Below are positions 8,856 to 19,602 of a DNA stretch of 64,000 bases, one piece after another. Position numbers and translations under genes: made by a program. Where the stretch lies: NCBI GenBank assembly GCA_964527185.1, contig CAZGOI010000001.1, positions 167,097 through 231,096 on the forward strand. The letters run 5' to 3'. Position 1 is the stretch's first letter. Each line of letters starts with the position of its first letter. The DNA is from an uncultured Candidatus Saccharibacteria bacterium (lineage in GTDB: Bacteria; Patescibacteriota; Minisyncoccia; Phycocordibacterales; UBA9973). The notes below the pieces were generated by a model. The model did not search any database. It was not told the DNA's origin and worked only from the letters and a program-made list of their open reading frames with translations.

Positions 8856-10040
8856 ATGGAAGGTAAAAAAATAAAAATGGCAGACTACATAAAAATTTGC
8901 CATCCTACAGATGGTCGTGAAGGCTATCTGAGGAAACCACTACCAGCTGATTTTCAAGAAGCTGGTGAGTATTTTGAGAAAAGTCAGCCTTTAGTGGATA
9001 TCTACGGCAAATCATTGCCGTACAGATTTCTCCCGTATTATGAAGGAAAGCTGGCGACCCGTGACGAGGTGATATACCTCGGATCTGGTGAAGATGGATG
9101 GCCGGCTTTAATTCAGGCTTACGGCGAATTTAAAAAAAACGCCAAGCCGTTTACTTACCACACATTTTTTCCATGTGTCGGTGAGACTGTAAAGGTAACA
9201 GGCAGAGAAGGAGGAGTTTTTCTGAATGGTAAGAAAACTTCTCACTCCATACTCGCCTTAGGGCGAGCATTTGAGAACTTTGCCATTCTTCCTAAGGAGA
9301 TTATAGGTGAACTGGAAGAGCAATACTTCCTTGAGGCCTATAAAGATCATCCTGTGGAAGATTACTTTGACCTCCTGTCAAAAGGAGGTATATTTAATGT
9401 AATAAAAATTGCCCAAAACAATGGGCATATTTATATTGCAGAGAAATTAAAAACCTGGCTAGATGTAGGCATGACCGATGCCGAATCTAGGAATGTATGG
9501 ATAAATCATCAAAAAGATGATTACCATAATAGAACATATTTTTGGAAGGGTGTGGTAGTCTGTTATGAGTCCTATGGGCTCGATTATCCCCGCGTAAAAA
9601 AAATATGTGAAATTACTCCTCAAGAAATTGAGGAAGTAAAGGCGCAAAAGGTCGCCGAAGAGCAGGCACGCATAGAGACCCGCAAAAAAAAGTTTCAAGA
9701 ACTTTCAAAAGCCGTCACTGAAAAGTACGGTGAGGTAGTTCTGAAACTTACCCTTCGCAAGAAGGGTTCAGTTCTCGCGATTTTGAAAATGCTGAGCGAA
9801 AGCACAGCGCAAGTAGAACTTGCAGAGCTGAAAAAAATCTTCGCTTTATCAAGCGAAGCACCAGTAATCGCAAACCTTATGACTTGCGTAGCTGGTGAGG
9901 TGGACCCCTTTAAGGCTGCAAAGGTTGCAAAGAAAGCGTATGCTTGGGCATATCTGAGCGACGCCTTGCCAGGGGTTTATTTCAAGGGGTACTTTGATGC
10001 CGCGAAAACGGCATTGGAGATTTACTCCAAGAATTGGTAA
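8856..10040 (+). CDS. hypothetical protein (no recognisable domain)
   Basis: 394-aa ORF, coding-like. Flanked upstream and downstream by the repeated structured element. Confidence 0.5.
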   Translation: MEGKKIKMADYIKICHPTDGREGYLRKPLPADFQEAGEYFEKSQPLVDIYGKSLPYRFLPYYEGKLATRDEVIYLGSGEDGWPALIQAYGEFKKNAKPFTYHTFFPCVGETVKVTGREGGVFLNGKKTSHSILALGRAFENFAILPKEIIGELEEQYFLEAYKDHPVEDYFDLLSKGGIFNVIKIAQNNGHIYIAEKLKTWLDVGMTDAESRNVWINHQKDDYHNRTYFWKGVVVCYESYGLDYPRVKKICEITPQEIEEVKAQKVAEEQARIETRKKKFQELSKAVTEKYGEVVLKLTLRKKGSVLAILKMLSESTAQVELAELKKIFALSSEAPVIANLMTCVAGEVDPFKAAKVAKKAYAWAYLSDALPGVYFKGYFDAAKTALEIYSKNW

Positions 10041-10161
10041 AAAAATTTAGCCTAACAGTATCAAACCTAGGCGCTCTGAATGTCGCAAGATAGACAGAGA
10101 GAATGGTTTGTCAAAAAACAGGCAAGAGGGTTCTTGCTTGATAAAAGGGTTCTAAAGATTT

Positions 10162-10255
10162 AGCAAAGGTTTGAAATATAACCTTTGCTTTCTTATTCAG
10201 GTTTTTACTTTGGCGTTGCTAGGTAGAAGCTTGATAGGAAAATTCGGGAGTCGGC
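10162..10255 (+). repeat. structured intergenic element copy 2
   Basis: Same AGCAAAGGT..ACCTTTGCT stem with a different loop, then TTTCTTATTC and similar downstream sequence. Confidence 0.55.
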
Positions 10256-10328
10256 AGGATGGAAATCTCTCTCCTCTGGCGCAAGGGCACTTGCGCTTTA
10301 TCCTGTCGGCCCTTGAGTTTTTCTTAAA

Positions 10329-10679
10329 TTAATTTAAAGATTCCTGGCTTGGTTCAGCATAGATATGCTTCTCAAGGCGTTCTAAGAGAGTATTAATTTC
10401 TCCCCACTCTTTGAGTAACGCATCAAACTCTCTTTGATAGGCAACACTCTCTGCTTTTTCAGTCTTGCCAATCATTATTTTATAGAACGATCTACTATCG
10501 TCATTTAATTTTTTTAATTTTTCATTATAAAGTGGCAACATCTTCTCTAATTCTCGCATTATCTCTCGGTCTTCTTCTTTAAAACCCCTAAATTCTTTTA
10601 AGGTTTCCTTGCCATCAAATTCTCCTTTTGTTTCTTTACTATCATATCCAACTATGGGAATTTCTGGTATTTCTTTCAT
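10329..10679 (-). CDS. hypothetical protein
   Basis: 116-aa acidic or coiled-coil-like ORF at the 3' end of the clpP-HK gene string. Confidence 0.4.
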   Translation of the reverse strand: MKEIPEIPIVGYDSKETKGEFDGKETLKEFRGFKEEDREIMRELEKMLPLYNEKLKKLNDDSRSFYKIMIGKTEKAESVAYQREFDALLKEWGEINTLLERLEKHIYAEPSQESLN

Positions 10680-10713
10680 GGGTTTATTATATCCTTTTTA
10701 TTTTCTGAGACAA

Positions 10714-11463
10714 CTATTTTTTAATTGGTAAAATTATGTAAAAAGTTGAACCTCGATTAATTCCACCTGACTTAAATTTTATATTTCCCCCATGACGCTT
10801 AACAATTTCACGGGCGAGATAAAGCGAAAGACCAATACCATCAGTATTTATTTTCTTGGCGCGCTCTCCACGATAGAACCTACGGAAAATATTGTTTTTA
10901 TCTTTACGCGAAAGGCCGATACCATCATCACTTACTTTTAAAATCAATTTATTATCCTTTAGTTCTGAATCTACAATTAACTTTCCATTAATTTTTCCAT
11001 AAAAAATTGCATTTTCTATTATCGAATCGATAACAAAAGAAATTTTTTTTGTATCGACAGTAATGAGTGGTATGTCAGTAAAAGAAGGCAGAGAAATATT
11101 TATATGTTTTTCATTTAACGAAGTACGAAATCTACTGATTGAATTCTCTAATATCTCGCGGATAGATACAGCACGAAGATCATAGGAAGAAATATTGTTT
11201 ACATCTTTAATACCGGCGATGACTTCGACGATGCCAAGCAGCTTGTCTGTCGCATTCTCGAGGCTCGAGATAAGCTCGAGCTCGTCTTTGCGTGGCATCT
11301 CTTCTTTTAGTTTATCGCTCATCCACTTTATGCGAGTCAGTGGAGTACGGAAAACATGATTAACGATCGACAGAAAATATTCCTCGGTCAAAACTCTTTT
11401 TTGACTTCTAATCACAAGGTATATGATTACCAAAACTGCAAATATTAAAAGTATAGTTTGCAT
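10714..11463 (-). CDS. sensor histidine kinase (single TM, no sensor domain)
   Basis: 249 aa. N-terminal TM helix. H-box HVFRTPLTRIKW. HATPase_c motifs (DDGIGLS, GLSL..REIV). Confidence 0.8.
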   Translation of the reverse strand: MQTILLIFAVLVIIYLVIRSQKRVLTEEYFLSIVNHVFRTPLTRIKWMSDKLKEEMPRKDELELISSLENATDKLLGIVEVIAGIKDVNNISSYDLRAVSIREILENSISRFRTSLNEKHINISLPSFTDIPLITVDTKKISFVIDSIIENAIFYGKINGKLIVDSELKDNKLILKVSDDGIGLSRKDKNNIFRRFYRGERAKKINTDGIGLSLYLAREIVKRHGGNIKFKSGGINRGSTFYIILPIKK

Positions 11464-11465
11464 TT

Positions 11466-12056
11466 TTATTTACTATTTTTATTTTTTACGACAATGTCGT
11501 CGATTATGCCGTATTTTTTTGCTTCATCAGAGGTCATGTAGTAGTCGCGGTCAGAATCTTTGTCTACTTGTGCAACCGTCTGCCCTGTATTTTTGGCAAG
11601 AATTTTGTTTAACGTTTCTTTTGTGCGAAGTATATGTTTGGCATTTATGGCAATGTCTGATGCTTGGCCTTCGGCCCCGCCCATGACCTGGTGGATCATA
11701 ACTTCGGAATTTACAAGGCCAAAACGTTTACCTTTCGTTCCGGCCGAAAGAAGTATCGCCCCCATCGAAGCTGCTATTCCGACACATATAGTAGAGACAT
11801 CGGCTTTCACAAAACCCATGGTATCGAGTATGGCAAGGCCTGCCGTAACCGAGCCGCCAGGGGAGTTGATGTATAGATATATATCCTTCTTCGAGTCAGT
11901 ATGGTCAAGGTATAAAAGCTGGGCAATAACAAGGTTTGCCACATGGTCATCTATCGGTCCGCCTAGGAAAATAATACGTTCATTTAAAAGGCGAGAATAT
12001 ATATCGTAAACCCGCTCGCCAAACTGAGATTTTTCTATAACTGTTGGAATTAACAT
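11466..12056 (-). CDS. clpP: ATP-dependent Clp protease proteolytic subunit
   Basis: 196 aa. Full-length ClpP similarity, including catalytic Ser (GIAASMGA), His and Asp regions. Confidence 0.9.
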   Translation of the reverse strand: MLIPTVIEKSQFGERVYDIYSRLLNERIIFLGGPIDDHVANLVIAQLLYLDHTDSKKDIYLYINSPGGSVTAGLAILDTMGFVKADVSTICVGIAASMGAILLSAGTKGKRFGLVNSEVMIHQVMGGAEGQASDIAINAKHILRTKETLNKILAKNTGQTVAQVDKDSDRDYYMTSDEAKKYGIIDDIVVKNKNSK

Positions 12057-12257
12057 GGCAACAGTATAGCAAAATAAGGCTTTTTTGCCAATAGGTCACC
12101 TTGACAGATAGCTATTTTTTATGGTATAATCGCAGCAGAATTGGTCTTTGAGAATATGACTTTTCATTAGTGGTTTGGTTCGCCTCGGATGTCTTAATTT
12201 AGATCTCTAAAGCGAATCAAATCACAAATTTTTTAACAAATAAATTTTTTAAAAAAA

Positions 12258-12680
12258 ATGAAAAAGCTATTATCAGCAATCATTATGGTTGCATCAATAT
12301 TTTTACCATTCACTTCTTGTACAAAAACCGGCGTTGGAGCAACCATAGGTGTTGGACTTGGTCCTATTTGGGTACAGTTCAACATAGGTAATGGCGGTGG
12401 AAACTACTACCCCTATGGGAATATTCCAGGAAATGTTTCATCATCGATTGCATACATCAATGCATACCCACTTGATGAAACGCGGATTCCTGTATTCGAC
12501 CAATCAGGTCAAATGCTCGGTTTTGTGAATTGCCCGTCGGGAACAGGTTCACAGACCAACATGGCAATCACGGCGATCCGCAATTGGTTTGCTAGTGGTC
12601 ATATCACTTTGCCAGTGTTGGTGAATTGGAACCAAAGATGGACCAACGCTCCATGGGATGGAAGTATAATTGGTTTCTAA
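12258..12680 (+). CDS. lipoprotein, hypothetical
   Basis: Signal peptide with lipobox FTSC. Gly-rich mature domain. Confidence 0.5.
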   Translation: MKKLLSAIIMVASIFLPFTSCTKTGVGATIGVGLGPIWVQFNIGNGGGNYYPYGNIPGNVSSSIAYINAYPLDETRIPVFDQSGQMLGFVNCPSGTGSQTNMAITAIRNWFASGHITLPVLVNWNQRWTNAPWDGSIIGF

Positions 12681-12729
12681 AATATTGGGACAGTAAGTAA
12701 GGGCCTCGGCAGCGATACCAGGCTCTTTT

Positions 12730-13803
12730 TTATTGTTCTTCAAGGAATTTAAAAACTTTTTCGTTCTCGAGTACATTCTCGATGTAGGCGCGAGCGCGAG
12801 CAGGGTCGGCATCTTTGTAAATGTTTAAAATACTTTCTACTTCTTTTTCTATTTCTTCTTCGCTAGGTGTTAGATTTTCTTTTTCTGAAATTGCGTGAAT
12901 GACCATCTGCAATTTTGCGCGTTTATCGGCATCAGGGCGCCACTCTTTTCGCAGGTCTTCTTCAGTTTTTTTTATCTGTGTTAAATAATCTTCGTATTTA
13001 AGTCCAGTATTCGTAATATCTGCTTGTAGACGGTATAAAATTTTTTCAATCTCGCCTTCGATGAGCACTTCGGGTATATCGCCCTCTGTTTTTTCTAGTA
13101 ATTCTTCGACGATAGCTAGCCGCAGTTTGTCTTTTGCTTCGGTTTCTTTCTCGATTTTCATATTTGAGCGAATTTTATCTTTAAGCGCTTGTGCGTCTTT
13201 AAAATCACCAAAAGATTTTGCAAAAGCATCGTCAAATGGCGGATAATCTTTTTCTTTTATTTCATGAGCTTTTACATGTTCTTCTTCCGTCATATTTTCA
13301 TGATCCTCGTGTACACCTTTTGCTTGCTCGGCTCGCATCTTTCGAAGTTCGAGAATTGTCTTCTCAACTTCAGATTCGTCGATTTTTATTTGATCAATTG
13401 GATTTTTAATTTTTATTTCATTCGCGATTTTTTTATAATTTGGAAGTTTCATTTCTGGCAAAACTGCAGTTACTATTTTAAATTCAAGATCTGAACCGCG
13501 GGCGATTTTTGTAATTGAGATCTGTGGCCGACCGATGGCGTCAATCTTTTCTTCGCGAATTATTCTTGGATAAGAATCCATAAGCGCCAGCTCAGCCATT
13601 TCTTCGAGGACCATCATGTCGGTTACATTTTCTTTTACAATTTTTGTCGGCGCTTTGCCTTTGCGAAAACCAGGCAACTCAAGACGCTCACTGATTTTAG
13701 TGAGCGCCCCGTCTTCATATTTTTCGAAATCTTCTTTCGCTATTGAGCCAGAAATCTCAATCTCACTTTTTTCAAGTTTTTTGATATTAATTTTCATATC
13801 CAA
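12730..13803 (-). CDS. tig: trigger factor (short form)
   Basis: N-terminal ribosome-binding signature PGFRKGKAP. Acidic helical C-terminal domain. 357 aa, so the PPIase domain is reduced or absent. Confidence 0.75.
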   Translation of the reverse strand: MDMKINIKKLEKSEIEISGSIAKEDFEKYEDGALTKISERLELPGFRKGKAPTKIVKENVTDMMVLEEMAELALMDSYPRIIREEKIDAIGRPQISITKIARGSDLEFKIVTAVLPEMKLPNYKKIANEIKIKNPIDQIKIDESEVEKTILELRKMRAEQAKGVHEDHENMTEEEHVKAHEIKEKDYPPFDDAFAKSFGDFKDAQALKDKIRSNMKIEKETEAKDKLRLAIVEELLEKTEGDIPEVLIEGEIEKILYRLQADITNTGLKYEDYLTQIKKTEEDLRKEWRPDADKRAKLQMVIHAISEKENLTPSEEEIEKEVESILNIYKDADPARARAYIENVLENEKVFKFLEEQ

Positions 13804-13819
13804 TTTATCTTAAAACTTT

Positions 13820-15853
13820 TTACTTAAACCAAAACATCACAAGAATTGGAACAATAAGAAGAGCAATGATGTTTAGAATTTTAATCATTGGGTTTATGGC
13901 TGGTCCAGCAGTGTCTTTGTATGGGTCACCAACAGTGTCGCCGGTAACAGAGGCCTTGTGTGCATCGCTACCCTTGCCACCGTGATTTCCTAGCTCTATG
14001 TATTTCTTGGCGTTGTCCCAAGCGCCACCACCTGAGGTCATCGAGACAGCTAGGAATATACCGGTAATAATAGAACCAACAAGTAGACCACCCAGGGCTT
14101 GTGGGCCAAGAACAAAACCAACAACAATCGGAGCAAGTACTGGAATAAGCGCTGGCACGACCATCTGTTTTATAGCACCGGTTGTTACGATGTCCACACA
14201 TTTTGCATAATCTGGTTTACCAGTGCCGTCCATGATTCCAGGAATTTCTCTAAATTGTCGCCGAACTTCACCAACAACTTTTCCAGCTGCTTTACCAACA
14301 GCCTCCATACAAAGAGCACTGAAGTAATATGGAAGTAAGCCACCAATCAAAAGACCAGCGATCACAAGTGGGTTGCCAAGATCAAAGTTTAATTTATGTC
14401 CCAAGTCGGCAAAATCTTGAGTGTATGAAGAAAATAAAACAAGAGCCGCGAGTCCAGCTGAACCAATAGCATAACCCTTCGTTACTGCTTTGGTTGTATT
14501 ACCAACTGCGTCGAGGGGGTCAGTTACATTTCTAACACTCTCTGGTAATTTGGCCATCTCTGCTATGCCACCAGCATTGTCTGTAATCGGGCCAAATGAA
14601 TCGATAGCAACTATTATACCAGTGAGTGACAGCATCGACATCGCAGCAATTGCTACACCATAGAGTTCACCGAAATGGTATGAAATTAAAATTCCCAAGA
14701 CAATTGCAATGAGTGGCAAACCAGTAGACTTCATCGAGATCGCAAGACCCTGGATGACATTTGTACCATGACCCGATTCCGAAGCCTTTGCGATTGACCT
14801 AACGGGAGAAAATTTTGTCGCGGTATAGTATTCAGTCGCAATAATTATCGTCGCAGTTACCAAGATACCAACAATTGCACACATATATAATGAGCCAACC
14901 GAGTAAATGTTTTGTCCCTCCATGAGCATTTTTGTAATAGGATAGAAACCAATTGCTGAAAGCACGCCAGCAGCAATTAGACCCTTGTAAAGCGCACCCA
15001 TAATATTATTATTTTTTCCAAGTCGCACAAACCATGTACCAATTATCGAACAAATAATTGCCATACCGCCAATCGCAAGTGGATAAATAACTGCGTTGCC
15101 AAAATTTACAAAGACAAGTGAGCCGAGCAACATTGTCGCTACAGAAGTAACAGCATAAGTTTCAAATAAGTCAGCCGCCATACCAGCACAGTCGCCAACA
15201 TTATCACCAACGTTATCGGCAATGACCGCAGGGTTTCTAGGATCATCTTCTGGAATTCCAGCTTCAACTTTACCAACTAAATCAGCCCCGACATCAGCTG
15301 CTTTTGTAAAAATTCCTCCACCGAGTCTAGCAAAAACAGAAATCAAACTTGCACCAAAAGATAAACCAACCAATGGTCGGACGGCACCAACTCCCGCGTA
15401 GTGGACAGCGATAGTATAGAAAACTGTCACACCGAGAAGCGCAAGACCAACAACCAAAAGACCAGTAACAGTTCCACCACGGAAAGCAAGCGAAAGAGCT
15501 TCTTTCAAACCCTTCTTGCCAGCTTCGGCCGTACGGACGTTTGCGCGAACAGAAACATTCATACCGATATAACCGGCAACAGCCGATAAGACTGCGCCAG
15601 TTATAAAACTTGAGGCCATCATCCAACCGAGCATTGGTATGAAACCAATTATCAAAAATAAAATAACAGCAATGATACCGATAGTTTTGTACTGACGATT
15701 TAAGTATGCTGAAGCACCTTGTTGAATAGCCTTGGCGATACTCTTCATCTTTTCGTCACCAGAATCTTGACTAAGAACAAGTTTGATAAGAAACAATCCA
15801 TATAAAATTGCGATAACCGAGGAAACGATAGCGAGAACAATAAATGAATTCAT
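13820..15853 (-). CDS. hppA: membrane-bound proton-translocating pyrophosphatase
   Basis: 677 aa with about 15 TM helices. Signature [18 protein letters not shown] and other H+-PPase blocks. Confidence 0.9.
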   Translation of the reverse strand: MNSFIVLAIVSSVIAILYGLFLIKLVLSQDSGDEKMKSIAKAIQQGASAYLNRQYKTIGIIAVILFLIIGFIPMLGWMMASSFITGAVLSAVAGYIGMNVSVRANVRTAEAGKKGLKEALSLAFRGGTVTGLLVVGLALLGVTVFYTIAVHYAGVGAVRPLVGLSFGASLISVFARLGGGIFTKAADVGADLVGKVEAGIPEDDPRNPAVIADNVGDNVGDCAGMAADLFETYAVTSVATMLLGSLVFVNFGNAVIYPLAIGGMAIICSIIGTWFVRLGKNNNIMGALYKGLIAAGVLSAIGFYPITKMLMEGQNIYSVGSLYMCAIVGILVTATIIIATEYYTATKFSPVRSIAKASESGHGTNVIQGLAISMKSTGLPLIAIVLGILISYHFGELYGVAIAAMSMLSLTGIIVAIDSFGPITDNAGGIAEMAKLPESVRNVTDPLDAVGNTTKAVTKGYAIGSAGLAALVLFSSYTQDFADLGHKLNFDLGNPLVIAGLLIGGLLPYYFSALCMEAVGKAAGKVVGEVRRQFREIPGIMDGTGKPDYAKCVDIVTTGAIKQMVVPALIPVLAPIVVGFVLGPQALGGLLVGSIITGIFLAVSMTSGGGAWDNAKKYIELGNHGGKGSDAHKASVTGDTVGDPYKDTAGPAINPMIKILNIIALLIVPILVMFWFK

Positions 15854-15889
15854 ATTTTATTTTCTAATTAATAATAAATAATAATTTAA

Positions 15890-17104
15890 TTAATTTCCTG
15901 TACCATCATCGACTAGACCTTCATCGAGTGATACTTCATCAGAATCTACTTTAATTGCTGAAGTGCTCGTTTCGTCTTCGCTTGAAACGATTTCGCCTTC
16001 GATACCCTTGATATCGATTCTCCAACCAGTCAGTTTAGCCGCCAGGCGAACATTTTGCCCGCCCTTGCCGATGGCAAGAGAGAGTTGGTCGTTAGCAACT
16101 TCGACTACTGCTTTGTGTTCTTCTTCACTAATTTCAATATCTAGCACTCGGGCAGGAGAAAGGGCGCTTGAAATATATTCAGCGGGGTCGGCTGACCATG
16201 GGATAATATCTATTTTCTCGCCACCGAGCTCGCTCATGACAGTCGTCACACGCACGCCCTTCTGGCCGACGCATGAGCCGACCGGATCGACGTGTTCGTC
16301 ATTTGAATAGACTGCAATCTTTGAACGCGAGCCAGCTTCGCGAGCGATAGCTTTGATCTCGACAACACCTCCGGCGATTTCTGGAGCTTCCATCGCAAAC
16401 AACCCTTCGATCAATTGAGGATGGGTGCGAGAGAGTTTTAGATTTACTCCGCGTGGAGTTTCTTCGACACTGTAGAGATATGCGCGGATGCGCTCGCCGC
16501 GTTTATAAAATTCACCAGGAATTTGTTCTTCTGGCAAAATTATTCCAGTCGCGCGATTGAAATCAACATATACAATACCGCGTTCAACTTTTTGGACAAA
16601 GCCATTGACGATCTCCCCCTCTTTACTGCCGTATTCGTCGATGATTGCACCACGTTCAGCTTCGCGGATTTTTTGAATTATAACTTGCTTGGCAGTTTGG
16701 GCCGCAATGCGACCATAGTCTTCTTTTGTTTCGAGCGGGAAAATTATTTCTTCTTCGAGTTTTGCATCGCTCTTTATTTTTTTTGCATCAGAGAGAAGTA
16801 TATGATGCTCTTCGTTGAATCTAACGCGCTCATCACCCTCTTCTATTTCTTCTTCATCGTCAGCTTCTACGTCGGTCGGCATCCGGACGAGTGTATCGTC
16901 GACGACAATCTTTACTTGGTAAAATTCCATCTTGCCCGAATCGACATCGATATGAGCGCGAATTATTTGACCCTTTTTTCCATAATCTTTTTTATAGGCA
17001 GCAGCAATAGCCTGCTCGATGGCATCGATGATTTTCTCGCGAGGTATTTTGCGCTCCTGTTCTAGTTGCTCGAGCGCTGATTTCATTGTTTTTAGGTCTA
17101 GCAT
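15890..17104 (-). CDS. nusA: transcription termination/antitermination factor NusA
   Basis: 404 aa. NusA N-terminal domain, S1 and two KH domains. Acidic tail. Confidence 0.85.
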   Translation of the reverse strand: MLDLKTMKSALEQLEQERKIPREKIIDAIEQAIAAAYKKDYGKKGQIIRAHIDVDSGKMEFYQVKIVVDDTLVRMPTDVEADDEEEIEEGDERVRFNEEHHILLSDAKKIKSDAKLEEEIIFPLETKEDYGRIAAQTAKQVIIQKIREAERGAIIDEYGSKEGEIVNGFVQKVERGIVYVDFNRATGIILPEEQIPGEFYKRGERIRAYLYSVEETPRGVNLKLSRTHPQLIEGLFAMEAPEIAGGVVEIKAIAREAGSRSKIAVYSNDEHVDPVGSCVGQKGVRVTTVMSELGGEKIDIIPWSADPAEYISSALSPARVLDIEISEEEHKAVVEVANDQLSLAIGKGGQNVRLAAKLTGWRIDIKGIEGEIVSSEDETSTSAIKVDSDEVSLDEGLVDDGTGN

Positions 17105-17422
17105 ATTAAGTTGTCCCGCCCGACGGACGGGTAGTATTTAGTTTTTAAAAATAAAAGCCCGGTTCGAGGAACGGACTAATGGGCCCATCCTACTATAATA
17201 AGGCTTTTTCGTCAAATATGTGGATAAAAAGTGGATAAAATAGCCATCAAAACTTGACTATACCCCCAAATAGAGCTATACTTGACACGAAAGAGTTTAG
17301 TATGTGTACTAAGCAAAAAGATCATTGAAATTGCTGTGAATAGAAAATATCGCCTTGGTTTTCTTAATATTTCAAGGAAATTGAAGTGATATTTTCTATT
17401 TCAAAACAAAAAATAACAGTCA

Positions 17423-18148
17423 ATGAAAACAATCAACAGCCGGAAGGCTTTAAGTTTCACGATTTTCGTGCTGTTGATCAGCACGACAGTACTATCATCA
17501 TGCCAAAAAGATGGGGTTATCAGCCACGGTAGTGGTTCTGGTAATAGCGTATCCTTTACATCCAATCCGAGTGCATCGCCTGGAAAGGTGTATGACCAGG
17601 ATTCAACTATGATTACCTGGGGAGCAGCAAACTGGACCAGTTTTTCTCTGACCTCAACCAGCGGCGAAAGCGTTACTGGTTTGAATAAACAATCATATAC
17701 AACAGGGGCCCTTACTGGCGCACCAGGTGGTTCAATTGTGACGTTTACAATTTTTGCTAATGGTACTGGTGGGCCAATTAGCCGGAGTGCTTCGGTGGTT
17801 GTTTATTCGCCCAGGATGAAGGCCCTTTGCAAGGATGGAGCAAGATGGATGACAATTTTTGATCAATCTATCAGCTCCAATGGGCTTATTACAAACGCTC
17901 CACCAGATACCAACCTGTACACCTACTACCCAGATGGATCTGGAAAGGTTTTAGGTGCAGATGGATCTATTCACACGGGCACTTGGTCATTTCTGAATAA
18001 CGACAATGTCTTCCATGCATCGCTTAACAACGATTACATGATTGACTCATTGTCAAGTGCATTTTTTAAAATGCATCAAACAGGACATGACTTAGTAGAC
18101 CCAAGCATCACATGGGTGAGAACGATTATTTCAACCGCTCCTCACTAA
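17423..18148 (+). CDS. lipoprotein, hypothetical
   Basis: Signal peptide with lipobox LSSC. Ser/Thr/Gly-rich secreted domain. Confidence 0.5.
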   Translation: MKTINSRKALSFTIFVLLISTTVLSSCQKDGVISHGSGSGNSVSFTSNPSASPGKVYDQDSTMITWGAANWTSFSLTSTSGESVTGLNKQSYTTGALTGAPGGSIVTFTIFANGTGGPISRSASVVVYSPRMKALCKDGARWMTIFDQSISSNGLITNAPPDTNLYTYYPDGSGKVLGADGSIHTGTWSFLNNDNVFHASLNNDYMIDSLSSAFFKMHQTGHDLVDPSITWVRTIISTAPH

Positions 18149-18280
18149 ATTTTTTGTGGCAATGAAAGAACTTACAATTCCCTTGGATGATCAAGGGAAT
18201 TTTTTTGTGGATAACTCTCGATACTATTTTTTACGCAATAGATGATATAATTACCCTATTATGAAGTTTTATTTAAACTC

Positions 18281-19597
18281 ATGAAAATGAAAAAATATTT
18301 TATCATAGGAATCTTAATTTTCGCACTCTCTATTTCCTATGGCCAGGTCTATGCACAAACACCTCCTAATACATCTTCTATAGCCAATGTAAAACCTACC
18401 AATGGCGTGTTGGTAGCTAGTGTAAATCTTACAAATGCAAAAATTATTTTACAAGACAAAAATACCTTCAAAATATATTTTGAAATAAGTAATGGCGCTG
18501 GCCTCCAGACCGGTGTTAAGTATGGTCTGCAACTTATTTCAAATGGTCCTGGCAGTCAGTATATTGCAGACGAAAAAGTTTACGATGAATCCTTAAACCT
18601 TGGAGAAAATAGTATTACTGTAAAAAACATTACATATACTGCCCCAGAAAATTTAAATGGTAGCTATACCCTAATGCTTTCAGTTAAAAACGCTAGTAAT
18701 TTTCCATTTGCGATAGCTTCTCTTGGCGAAGTTAAACTTTCTGCCACAGAAAAAGGTGTCTATATAGATCCTGCATCATGCTACCTATCTATTCAAAATG
18801 CCAAAGATAGTAAGCACTACACCCTAACCCAAGGTATTGATATTTCTAGCGATCAAAATCTGGCTTTAAACTGTAACGTCAAGAATGAAACTAACAATCA
18901 AGTTTCTCTAACGCCATTTTTTGAAAACAGACCTGGCGGGGCCTATGGCGATGTGGCAAGCCAAACTGGCGGGGACTATAGCACCATAAATTTTTCTCAA
19001 AATGAAAGCAAAAATATCTCAGTAATCCTATCAAAAGGTTCGGCGCCAAAGTTCTATGATACGAAATTTATGCTCACAGGTAATGTGCATAATTCAAATT
19101 CAATTTTTCTAAATTATAATTTGAAGGGGGCAAGCGCGACCATCTATAAACTCTCGCTCGATAAAGATTATTACAATTCTGGCGACCAAGCCAAAGTATC
19201 GCTGCTTTGGTTCACAACTCCGAGCGGAACCCTAGAAGTTGATGGCAAGACTATGAATACTACAACATTTGCGACTGTCGCTCTGTCTGTCAAAAGTGGC
19301 GATGAAAAATGCTCTGACGAAGTTATTAATCCTCTGACGAGAAATCTAAATAGCCCAGTGACAGAAATCGCTGTGCCGATAAAATCTTCTTGCCAAGACC
19401 CAACAGTCATAGCTATCGCCCGAGATAGCAAAGGGAATATCCTAGACCAGAAAGAATTTACTTTCAAAACAAAAAACCCTGGAAGCAAGCAAGTATTTAG
19501 CACCAACGCAATCATTGTGTTATTTATAATTCTGATCATCATTGCTTTGTTGTTTCATCCTAAAAGTCGCAAAATAAATTTACCAAAGAATAATTAA
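18281..19597 (+). CDS. secreted, cell-surface-anchored protein, hypothetical
   Basis: N-terminal signal peptide, beta-rich body, C-terminal TM anchor (AIIVLFIILIIIALLF) followed by a basic tail. Confidence 0.5.
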   Translation: MKMKKYFIIGILIFALSISYGQVYAQTPPNTSSIANVKPTNGVLVASVNLTNAKIILQDKNTFKIYFEISNGAGLQTGVKYGLQLISNGPGSQYIADEKVYDESLNLGENSITVKNITYTAPENLNGSYTLMLSVKNASNFPFAIASLGEVKLSATEKGVYIDPASCYLSIQNAKDSKHYTLTQGIDISSDQNLALNCNVKNETNNQVSLTPFFENRPGGAYGDVASQTGGDYSTINFSQNESKNISVILSKGSAPKFYDTKFMLTGNVHNSNSIFLNYNLKGASATIYKLSLDKDYYNSGDQAKVSLLWFTTPSGTLEVDGKTMNTTTFATVALSVKSGDEKCSDEVINPLTRNLNSPVTEIAVPIKSSCQDPTVIAIARDSKGNILDQKEFTFKTKNPGSKQVFSTNAIIVLFIILIIIALLFHPKSRKINLPKNN

Positions 19598-19602
19598 ATC
19601 TT

